Assembly (NCBI RefSeq): GCF_902652985.1
Contig: NC_047022.1
Span: 29,450,001 to 29,514,000 of the forward strand
Direction of reading: 5' to 3'
Source of the DNA: Pecten maximus
Lineage: Eukaryota
DNA: 64,000 bases
The notes under the pieces: model-generated
The model's database searches: none
Told to the model about the DNA's origin: nothing
What the model saw: the letters and a program-made list of their open reading frames with translations, nothing else
Made by a program: the position numbers and the translations under genes
Part shown: in pieces, positions 25,701 through 37,700 of the stretch
Layout of the letters: each line of letters opens with the position of its first letter
How positions within the stretch are numbered: position 1 is the first letter of the stretch

Positions 25701-28700
25701 TGTTCAATAGGAACATCTTTGCTTCATCGTGTCGTGATAAAATATTCATCAACATTTTAACTTGACCGTTGACCCTAGGACCCTGACCTATAGTAATTTA
25801 ATTCCTTGTTTAAACCCATACAACACTGCTTCATAGTGTCATAACGGTCATAAGTGAAAAGCTACAGTTAGGCTATCGCAGTGATAATTCTATAATAACA
25901 ATGAATCTTAAAATTATAATTTAATGGAAAGTCAAAGAAACAATACAAAATGTAAAAGATGACGAATGTTCACAATAAATGACCAGCATTTCCTTGAGAC
26001 TCTTGTTATGGAAATAAGTGATATGTTAGTACCGCAGATGGCTTATAGGCAAAAGGATAGGGATAAGACAGAAAAAATCTCATTACAGAAATAGGAGTAA
26101 TGGAAAGGAATTACTCTTTGTCAACTAACAATATACTATATATTTCAGAATTAGAAGAAAGTATGCGCATCAAATTTGCTGGCCGTATAAGATCGAAATC
26201 TTCTTGGCTAAAAGATTGGGAGAAACCTTCATTTTTCATATGAAACAAAATGAAATTCTAAAATAACTCAAAACTATACTAAAACCATTCAGATTTCATC
26301 GAAGATGTTGATTGGGATGAAATGCTAGAATGTCATACTTACTATAATGATCAAAGCTCGAAATTAAAGGGAAAACTTTATGAAAGTGAGATTAGGCTGC
26401 ATCAAAAACATATGAAAAATAAAATAAAAAGAATTGAAATCACTATATGCATGTTAATGTTTTTAGCAACACGTAGACATAAGGAAAGTATGAACAAATG
26501 AAACAAAAAAGTTGAAAAGACTATACAGTGCATATGTGCTTGTTTACATGCGTATGTGAGGGTGTGTATGTGTGGTTATTAGTAAACATTAAATTTTGAA
26601 CGAGAGTGTTGAATGAGTGCCCTTCTGTGTGAGGACACCTATTGTGCCCGGGGTACACCCCAGGAACGAACGGATGGACGGACGGACGGATGGACGGACA
26701 GAGTGATTGCTATTGGGCACCATAATCTTCGATACGGTGCCCTAATAAAAGAAGAAAGCAAATGTAAACAATTTACCGTAACCCACTTCGGATCTGCTTT
26801 GATCTAGACACATTTCCACGTCGACCACCAGGACGAAAACCATATTACTGGACATGAAACAATGATGCGTGTTATAGAACACTTTTTCGCCTCCGAAATC
26901 ATATAGAGTGACAAAACCCTTCAGCTCCTCAACTCCGTCTGTTTTGGTGTGCATTACATCATCTATAACGTTTCTTTGTTCCGGAGACAACAGTGCTGCG
27001 ATGGGCTTTGTCTCAGCAATAACATTTCTTTGTTCCGAGGATGCATCTACAACATGAATGCAATCTTGCAATTATCCCGCAGTAACATAATTCTTATTAG
27101 CAATATAATCAGTTGCTATTTGGGGAACGGGCTTAACCATGCGTTCACTGACAAGAAATCCATAAACTATGCCATTGCAAAGTGACGTTCAACAACAGAC
27201 GCTGACCTTTGGTTGTCTTACGATATTCGGTATGAACTGTTTTAGTCTCTACCGGCTACTTGTTCCATAGGAAAAAATATTATTACAACATATGAAAAAA
27301 AAGAGATTACCTGCATGTCTTTTATCTAAAAAGTAGTATTCTTTATTCATTTTGGCGAAATGTTGTCATATTGATGTCTGTAATAATTGACTGTTTTAAA
27401 TCTATAAGGGGTGTTGTCCGGATGACAAAAAATCAAATAAAGCCGACATAGCCAATTTATACTTTATTGTGATATATAACATCTTTACTCGATTATCACT
27501 AGGTCAGAAAACATTTTGGCGTGAATTGTATCTATCATAACTAACGAGAATAAATTCGGCATTTGCAATTTGGGATATATTCTATAAGCGAAACATAAAA
27601 TTATCACAGCTCCAAGAAACACAAGCTGCTCAGCGGAGAGTGGATGTGAAACTAGGAAAAACGTCACACTAAAAACATTAAAACTTTAAAATCAGTCTCC
27701 TCGTCATTTTTACAATAGACTGTCAAAGCTTGATGCTCTACCAACTATGCTCCGCCAAGCCAATAATGCTGGGAGAATATAGCGATATTCTACAGTGTGC
27801 ACATCAAAAGTCTATGCTAAAGCGTTGATTCATTACTTTACATACAGAGAACCCGTATTGCTTGCTGCAGGCCTAGAGTAATTATTGTCTCTAATACTCT
27901 ATCAATTTCAAGTTTTGAGTTACTGTCGATCTACAGAAATAAAGTGATTTATAGTGGTTTAGTTAGTTAGATAGTTATATATGTAGTATGGGTGTTTTTC
28001 AGCGCATTGTCAGTAATCAGCCAAACAACTTCTGCCTGAGAGTCCGTGTGATACTGCATAACGGATTACAGTATTCATGTGGTGACGTATAAGGATTCTT
28101 CTTAAAATTCTGTAGTATGATGTGAAATTACGTCTAATTTGAAATCATCTTTGACAAAGGGACCAGTGTACTGATTATGATGAGTATTCTTTAAATGTAT
28201 CACAATTATGAACGTTGTGGAAATTCATAATCACAAATACTCGAACCCAAGACATATACATCTTAAGGCAGTATGGACAGACTTACCCCTATACAATATC
28301 ATTTACATGAAACTCTCTCTAGCTATATGTGAATAATATAACTGCCTTAAGCCTTCGGTCTTTAGGTCACGGTTTTCGTGGCGTGATTAGATAATTCACA
28401 TCGTTTCTTTCTCCCTAGAATATACATGTATATTGATACACAAGCACACAGTCGGACCACACAAGAACAGAGACTTAGGAACCAACGGCGGCTGGTTCTC
28501 GATTCTATTTCTAGACCATAGGGCCGGAATGGCTCACACCATCACATTACATCATTTAAAGTACATGTAAATAAATAAATACATACGTTTTAAACCATTC
28601 TACCAATCAACACGGACAACAAACCCACACAACGCATACTCGAAGACATAATATACTGTAGCATTGAGTATTTCGCAGTAGACACCGTTTGATCGATTTT

Positions 28701-31700
28701 AACATTCGATGCCAAGATTTGATTTAGTATGCTCAGCGAAAGGAACTGTTACCTGTCTTTTTTGCCTTTTTTGCTTCTGACGGCGCAGGTAACGGCAGAG
28801 ATGAAGGGGATGAGACCATAGGTGATAGTTCTTTCATTTCTCCGGTATGACGCCCTTGCGTACTTTTATAGTCTCTTGTGTCTGTCTTTCCCCCTTTTCG
28901 GTATCGATCGATGATCCGTTTCAATCGATGACGCCCAGTCTCTATTTCACCATTGTCGTCAATTCTTTTTCGGAAGCCTGTCTTGGGGTTGTAGCCCATA
29001 TAGTTCACGTAAAAATCAGCAGTATCCGTTGAGTTAGGCCCTCCTTTCGGTATACTTTCTTGCTTGATTTGTTTCACGAAACAAGACTTCCCAACTCCTT
29101 TATGTCCGACGACAGTGATTGTAATGTTGCAGGGGTTTTCAACATTCGTCTTTATTCCCGCAGTATATTCCTGCTGCTGCTGTCGTACTTGTTCTAAATA
29201 AAATTCCAATATTTATCAATGATTCGATATGTATAAATATAAAAAGAAATGTCTTTATCAAGTCAATATAGATGTGTGGATATTTCAGTTAGAGGATTTC
29301 CAATCAAGATTGCATTTGCTCTTACACTGTACAGGGATAGCCACAGTTTTATCGGTTCTTATCTCACTCTAGGTTTCGGACAAAATACACGAGCTCTTTG
29401 GACGATCTCGACAATTGTTTGACATGACGGTAACGATGAAATGGCGGTCACGTCAGCAATTAAATCATTTCACTTCAACATTTTCTCTTTTAGCGTGTGA
29501 TGAAACACGCCAATGTTCTATGTAGCAAAAGGCGTAAATAGATAATACATTGACGATATGTAACCACAAAACTGTGATGAAAGAAGCGAAAGAACCATAT
29601 GGTAAAGACACGTTGGTGCATGTTCGGTTAATCACGAGAAAGGTTCCAATGGGCTACATTGACATTTCCGACATAGGATAAAGGTGATATTTGCCGCAAA
29701 GCAGCTGAAAATCATCAATACAGTCCACCATGGTATTTAAAAAAAACTGTCAATTATTGAAACTGCTTTCTTTTTCAATTCAAATAATACATCTTGCTCC
29801 TTGAATAACTGGGATAGCCCGTTAAACCTGCAAAACTTGTGCTTATTTTATTTTAAGCCCTTTCTAACGACATCAAACATAATACAGCAAGGATATATCT
29901 TTTCTGTAACTGAAGTTGCTGGGAATACCAACTGTTAATATAAAATCATATCGCCTAAATACAGCATATTTATAACGTGAAACTTTTTGAAAGCGAGAAT
30001 GCTTTATTGCGTATGATATGCAATAAATACACCAATATGCCGTGTTGCTACACAAAGAGGATCCAATCCTATATTTTCGATGCTAATACTAAAATAGGGC
30101 CAAAATAAGAAAATCAAAACTGAAGGCTGAAATTCACTTTCATTGCATAAAAATTATTTGGACATAAACACTAGTGCGACGCTATTCACATATAATATCT
30201 GCGTTGATTGAAATTCATGAAAAAATGAGTTATTCTAAATACAAGTCCTCGTAAATGTCTCATAACAGTTACTTAAGAAATAATTAACGATGATTCCTGT
30301 ATTATTGCAGGATATACAACGAGGACGAGGTATTTTGCAATTGAATTAATAACGAAGGCCGCAGGCCTGAGTTATTAATTAAAATTGCAAAATATCCGAG
30401 TCCGAGTTGTATATCCTGCAACCATACACGAGTCAAAGTTGATTATTTCTATTCTACCATGTACTGTTTAGTTCTGAGATCGACCTCTTTCTAATAGAAA
30501 AACAGGAACGAAACCCCGAGAAAATCTTGTAATTTATTTCTTGAGTATTGCATTATTTGTTGATGAAATATACAGGCAATACAGTACTACGATCAAGAGC
30601 ATCTATCATATGGCATTGATTTTGAAAAAAAAGGATAACAAAAAGAAAAAAAAAAGAAAAAAAGGGATATTACCTTGTTTTTTTTCGATGATCTTAGTAA
30701 CACCTTTCTTATAATTTGGCAGTACATCTCCGATCATCAACTGCAATTAAAATACAAGTCTGATTGCAACCTATTTTGTTTTGCAACAGAAAAGCGATAC
30801 CTTTGATTTGGCCTTTCCTAGGAGTAAACATATCTGGAATTCTATGTATGCTATTGTAATTTGATTTGTAGGAAAAAGTTACATTTTAAATAAAAATAAA
30901 TCAAAATATGTAAACTCTAGTGAAATACGTTTTTACTAAATTATATGACAACCTAACAATTAAATGCCATTTTGGATATAACAAACTGTGTGCCAAAGGG
31001 CATATAACCGGAATGACGACCTCTAAATCTTACAAATATCTAATTTTCGTTGTTGATAACGTAGGATTGGACGAGAGAAAGATAATAAGTCTTCGATGCC
31101 TATCTTTATGTTTGGTCGCTCCAGTTTCCCTTGAACGTGTCACAAGTCATAAGAAGTATTTCATCTAAAATTGCGACTCCGGGTCGATGTAGAAATGTAA
31201 AATGTTCTAGCTAGGTCTTCATGACCATCTGGCTAGGTCTTACCAGTGTGGAATACTACTGAATTACACATATAGACATAACAAAACGACAAAGTTTGAA
31301 ACGCGTTTATTTGTAATAGAACAATCTGATAACCCCTTGGAACCTTTTTATCATCTTGGTACATTTTTTCATTATAATAATTGCACATTTAGGTACCAAC
31401 GTAGCGCTAATGGAAATCTGCACCAACAATTGTGTTAAACTGGCAGCGCTTCTAATAGAAAAAAAAAACAGTGATTGTACCCTAATGTTACATCTTTTAA
31501 GGAAACATGAGATTGTTGCAGAGTTTCTCTGAAAGGTATGAATAGTCAAATTCCCTATAGTTACATCACATATACTTAAGGAAGATGTAGATACGAAATA
31601 GAGAAGTATCCACACACTTACCTTATCGGGATCGGCCCTTCTTTCTACAAGCATAGTAACAACGTCTTCATGACCATATCTCGCAGCTTCTCGTAACGCA

Positions 31701-34700
31701 TTTGACTGAAGCATTGAAAGCATCAATCAATAATAACTATTATCTATTGTAATTGTAAGAATTCAAAACATATATCGTACTTACAACTTAAGCAATTTTA
31801 GAAACTCAGCTATATAATGGTTAATCCGTGCGAATTATATAGTTTCACAGTTTCCGAGAAAATAGCCTAAAGAAAATGGAAAATCCTTAACATGGCGTTC
31901 GAAGTGTACTTAGTCGATGTGGGTGCAAGTCTATATTTTAACTTACGCTATGCCCTTTTCACTATCGCTTTCTACTAAATACATAATTAACTGAAGAAAA
32001 CTTAAATCAAACATTCGAGCTTTAATAAAACATAATAGAAGTAAACAGTGTTTTAAAACCCGTAAACCTTATTTGTTGTATAGACTCGTGTATCGCTAGA
32101 TCTAAAACCCATTTCACCATTAATAGGAATAAATCATCGTTTAATGTTTAATGAATATAAATTTTGCAGTTAAAGTCGCTTTAACAGCTATCGTGTTTAA
32201 GTATGCTGTTGTGTATGTTCTATCAATGCATACATAGTCCGTTATTTGGTTGGATGTTAAAGCTGGAAAGGGTCTAAAAAGATAAGATTGATATATTGTA
32301 AGAAAAAAAGGAAATGCTTCCAATGTTCTGTATACGTTTTGGGACGTACACCAATCAACAGTAGACGAGACAACCGCAAAACAAGTTTTATATGGATCCT
32401 TTGGTACTTCGATTAACGCTAACACACGTTACCCAATTAACAATTCATTCAAGCATTAACCTTTTTAATATCGGCCCCGTTATCAAGGAGTAGCGTCACC
32501 ATGTTTTTGTTACATCTGCTTGCTGCTGCCGCTAGAGGATCCCCCTAGAAATACGAATTACCGACAGAAATTACACACATAATTTGCAAATCGATCTCTG
32601 TCATCTTTTTTTTACCATATAGAGATCGAAAAAACTCTTTCCTTCTTCATTTAAAATTGGAATGAATCGAACATCGCTGGTATTTGTTAAAGTTTACGCT
32701 TTCCGTTGTTTTATTGCAGTTTTAAGATAATTAGCGATACCGTTTTGACTTTGAAAATGCCAAAAAAGGTTCATGAATTTGGAGAAAATTGGACCTTCTT
32801 AGACATTAGTGAATAGATACAATCCAAAAACCAAAAACCGTGTAAATTTTTCCATTCTTATAAGGTTATTTTTTATTTTTATATATTTATATTTGCTAGA
32901 ATGTTTAATGTTATGTCGTGAAGTCGACAAATTTGGTAATTTGGTAATTTTTTTATAGTATCATTTCTCATATGTATGAATATAATTGCTATCATGATTT
33001 TTTCTATAAAATCTACATCTTAAAATAACTTGGAGTTCCCTCCCTTTATTGGTTCTAGTTAAACCCATTATAGAATAGATGTAAATATAATGTATACTTA
33101 TAATACATGGTAGCTTGGAAAGAACTTATATAGACCTAGCCTGATGTAAAATCCCTTTGATATATTAAAAGTAAATACATTTTTGTTGAAATTAAATTAA
33201 ATTCTTATAATTCATTTGTAGCCTCATGAAACTCTAGACCTAGCGAAAATATACGATAGCCGTGATTTATTTGCTTTTCCTTGATCACTTTGAGCTACAG
33301 TGATGGAATAACTGTAAATTTAGTATACAGTCTCTTACACTACAAATTGGTTTACTCACTACATGTAAATAGAGTAGAATGTATCGTATCACCCAGATAA
33401 GTATTTCCTGTTTTAAATACTACTGACATTCTACTAGATATATCATAGACTGACCATTGCTAATACGTGTTGATTTGAATTGCTAATCTCATTTCCATCA
33501 TGACATGCTTCCTCCTACATTTTTATAAAAAAAAACAATTGCGGGTATACTAAAGGTAAAAGCGATCTATCCAAACAATAATGCTACTATTGAAGCTATT
33601 CTAATGGGAATAAAATATACCTACTGTGTCACTATTTCATACAATTTAACGAAAGTTTAAACAGATGCTGAACTTCGTTGAAATATATTGATCATTGAAA
33701 AAAGCCTGCGATAGTTACATTACATATCACAATAGAGTGAAGATGTTGATCCCAAGTAGAAACATGTCCACAAAATTACCTTATCGGAATTTGCTCCTCT
33801 TTCTAGAAGCATAGTAACAATGTCCTCGTCACCGTGTATTGCAGCTTCTCGTAACGCCCTGGACTGGAACATGGAAGTATCAATCGGTCGATAAACGATA
33901 TATCATAGGAATTCATTTTGATTGAGAAAAACATAATTATGTTTGGATGTGTTTGTCAAAATTCATTCTGATGAAGGTAGAAATCATAAATATACAAATG
34001 AAAGAAATTATATTGTTACAAGAAGCAATTCTTGTAACTGAAAGATATCCAAACAAAAATATAAAGTTATTGAAATGGAATCATACAAACAGTGTTGTTA
34101 ATAGATAACTAGAACTGTCGCCAGGATGGCTGACTAATACCCCCGCAATCTGCACGAGTCAATGGTGAATTGGAACTGTTAATTAGAGGCAAACTAACAT
34201 AACCCAGTAATATAGTGACCAGTTGCCATAGCAACCATAATTTTGAAGAAAAAAAGAAAGTGGCAGGCACATCTGCACATGGTCCTCTATATTTGTGTGA
34301 AGTTTCATTGAAATCAGCCCTTCGGTTTAGGAGGAGTTGTCCAGACAAACTTAAAGTTATGGTTCTTATCGGAAACCCTGTTTATAGTGACCAGTTGTCA
34401 TAGCAACCATAATTTTGAAAAAAAAAAAAAAAAAGCGGCATGCACATCTACACATGGTCTTCTATATATGTGTGAAGTTTCATTGAAATTGGCCATTTAG
34501 TTTAGGAGGAATTGTCCGGACAAACTTAAAGCTATGGTTCTTATCGGAAAACCTGTTTATAGTGACCAGTTGCCATAGCAACCACAATTTTGTGATAAAT
34601 AAAGTGGCATGCACATCTACACATGGTCCTCTAAATTTGTGTGAAGTTTCATTGAAATCAGCCCTTCGGTTTAGGAGGAGTTGTCCGGACAATCTAAAAG

Positions 34701-37700
34701 TTATGGTTCTTATCAGAAAACCTGTTTATAGTGACCAGTTGCCATAGCAACCATAATTTTGAAGAAAAAAAAAAGTGACATGCACATCTACACAGGGTCT
34801 TCTATATATGTGTGAAGTTTCATTGAAATTGGCCATTTAGTTTAGGAGGAATTGTCCGGAAAAAACTTAAAGTTATGGTTCTTATCGGAAAACCTGTTTA
34901 TAGTGACCAGTTGCCATAGCAACCACAATTTTGTGAAAAATAAAGTGGCATGCACATCTACACATGGTCCTCTAAATTTTTGTGAAGTTTCATTGAAATC
35001 AGCCCTTCGGTTTAGGAGGAGTTGTCCGGACAAACTAAAAGTTATGGTTCTTATCAGAAAACCTGTTTATAGTGACCAGTTGCCATAGCAACCATAATTT
35101 TGAAAAAAAAGTGACATGCACATCTACACATGGTCTTCTATATATGTTTGAAGTTTCATTGAAATTGGCCATTTAGTTTAGGAGGAATTGTCCGGACAAA
35201 CATAAAGTTATGGTTCTTATCGGAAAACCTGTTTATAGTGACCAGTTGCCATAGCAACCATATTTTTGTGAAAAATAAAGTGGCATGCACATCTACACAT
35301 GATCATTAATATTTGTGTGAAGTGTCATCGGAATTGGCCCATCGGTTTACGAGGAGTTGTCCGGACAAAATGCGTCTACGGACGAACGGACGGACGGACG
35401 GACGGACAACCTGATTCCAGTATACCCCCCTAACTTCGTTGCAGGGGTATAATAAATGTAAAATGTGTAACTGTTAACAAATTATTGTTAAATTATTGCT
35501 CAAAGCCACCCATTTCATGAAAATACATAGTTTTGGTATTCTTGGACCATCTTAAAAGATTCCATTTGTTGATACTGAAATTATTGTATCCTACATTTTT
35601 TATTTATTCTTTTTATTAATCTTTTTTTTTCATTCTTTTTCTTCAATTCCGTTTTATGTTATTATTTTTAATTTAACTTGTGCATGGCCGTATATACATG
35701 TAGATAACACGAATACTGCTACACAGATTATAATTAGAGCCTCTCTACATGTATGTCTTTGTTCATCGATTAAGATCTTTATTAAGCTCAACTTCATTAA
35801 CATCAATGGGTTTTTCTTCATTTAAAGTACAGTCAAGTATGTAATAAACCTTTAAAAATATAATGTGAACCAGCACTGTGTGCGCCGAATTATATCCCCG
35901 AATGATAAACAGAAAAGCACGGGTTTGTTTATCCAATGCCAAGATGTTTCACACAAAAACTGATACAAGCTACCTTGTACAATTATATATTTTGATGTTC
36001 GGTCAGTGCTATGCAAGAGTTCGTTATATGATTTGAAGTTGGAAGCTAAAACACCATAAGTATATATATATAAAATAGCATTGGTTATTAATACAAATAT
36101 GTTTTCATTGTTCGCGGTAATTTTTGAAATTACTAAACTAAAAATGAATAATTTCAATATAGTATTTTTTATAATTGCGGTTAAAATAACAATCTTATTC
36201 AATAAGCAGTAGCCAATTGTCATCAACCAAGCCTTTGGCATTATTCCCATTATTTATTTTCTTTGAGATTACGGTAAAGTGTGTCAAACAGGTTCCTACA
36301 TTTTATCTGACATGTGAATAAGCACACAATGTTTCTTATTATTCAAAGTGAAAAAAAGCTAATCAGAAAAGTATTTGCTTGTGTTCAATGTGTATGTAGG
36401 GCATATTTTCCAAATGCTGTCCCTGATAGTGTTTTACACAAACATATGGATTCCGATAACTTTATACTTTGTAGAGGTAAAGGCTTGATTCTAGAATTAC
36501 CCTTGATGTAACATTTGATTCCTAGATTATATCGATGAGACAAACAATCGAAAAACTATTCTGTTTGGATCTTGTGGTACTTTGATAATATCATTATACG
36601 GTGTTGAATGTAAATTAATATTTCACCTATTCCGAATTTCGGATATAGCAATAGTCATGGAGAAAATATAATCTTTGTATCACCTTTAATAATTAAAATA
36701 TAGGTCTGGTGCACAGATGTGTGTAGAATATCACAGTTCATTAAGATATCTACCTTTTTAATATCTGCTCCTTTATCAAGAAGTAGTGTCATTATGTTTT
36801 TGTTAGGTACGCTTGCAGCTTCTGTCAGAGCATCATCCTATGAATATAGAAACCATCGATAGAAATTTATACATAAATTGCAAATATGCCGCGTAAAGAA
36901 GTAAACGCCTCATGTGCTCGCCATAAAAATGAAATGAGTATAATATCACTGCTAGGTGGAAATTGACACAAAAAAAGTCCTCTACACAAAATGTTCTCTA
37001 TTTTTTCATATTTTGAATTCTTAAATGATATGGAATGATATGAAAGATCAGATTAAAGGAAACTGACAAGTACAGATAAGAATTGTCCACGACGATATTT
37101 ACGTTTTACATTTAATGTCTACTTGTCATTGGGAAACAGCTGTATTGTGATTGATTTAAGGCAATGACTAGTAATGTAATGTAATGATAAACATGTGTAC
37201 ATATTTGTATCCAATAAATCTGAAGATCAAACGTTTGTGACTCACAATGAACTATGTGGATCTTATTTGCGGATATGGCATCATAGAAATATAAATCTTC
37301 ATTTTTTTACTCTTAAGTTTAGCAAGGATGAGAAGATATTGCAGTGTGAAAAAGTTGATAACCCCATCAGGACAACCCTCATTACTAGTAAGCATATGTA
37401 ATAATGGTGGTCATTTATATGGCATTCCTATAATAGTTAATTACATATCACAATGAAGGGAAGATGTGAATCCAAAATTGACATATTTCCACATACTTAC
37501 CTTATCTGGATCGGCGCCTCTTTCTAGAAGCAGAGCAACAATGTCTTCGTGGCCATATCTTGCAGCTTCTCGCAACGCATTAGACTAAAACATGGCAAGT
37601 ATCAATCGATAAATGCTACAATCTATTTAACTCCATTTTGATACTTTTATGAGTGGTTTTGATTTTGAGATATTTCAATATGATCAAGGTTGAAAGAGTG

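Noticed and set aside
27715-27760. tRNA-like sequence on minus strand (GGCGGAGCATAGTTGGTAGAGCATC)
   Set aside because: Only an A-box/D-arm-like head; no complete cloverleaf, so at most a SINE remnant.
19459-29032. Plus-strand ORFs at 19459, 21183, 22062, 26949, 28847 (and 2062, 2547)
   Set aside because: Antisense shadows of real minus-strand exons.
34109-35088. Recurrent short ORFs MSGQLLLNRRADF / MTSCHSNHNF
   Set aside because: Translations of the HINE tandem core, not genes.
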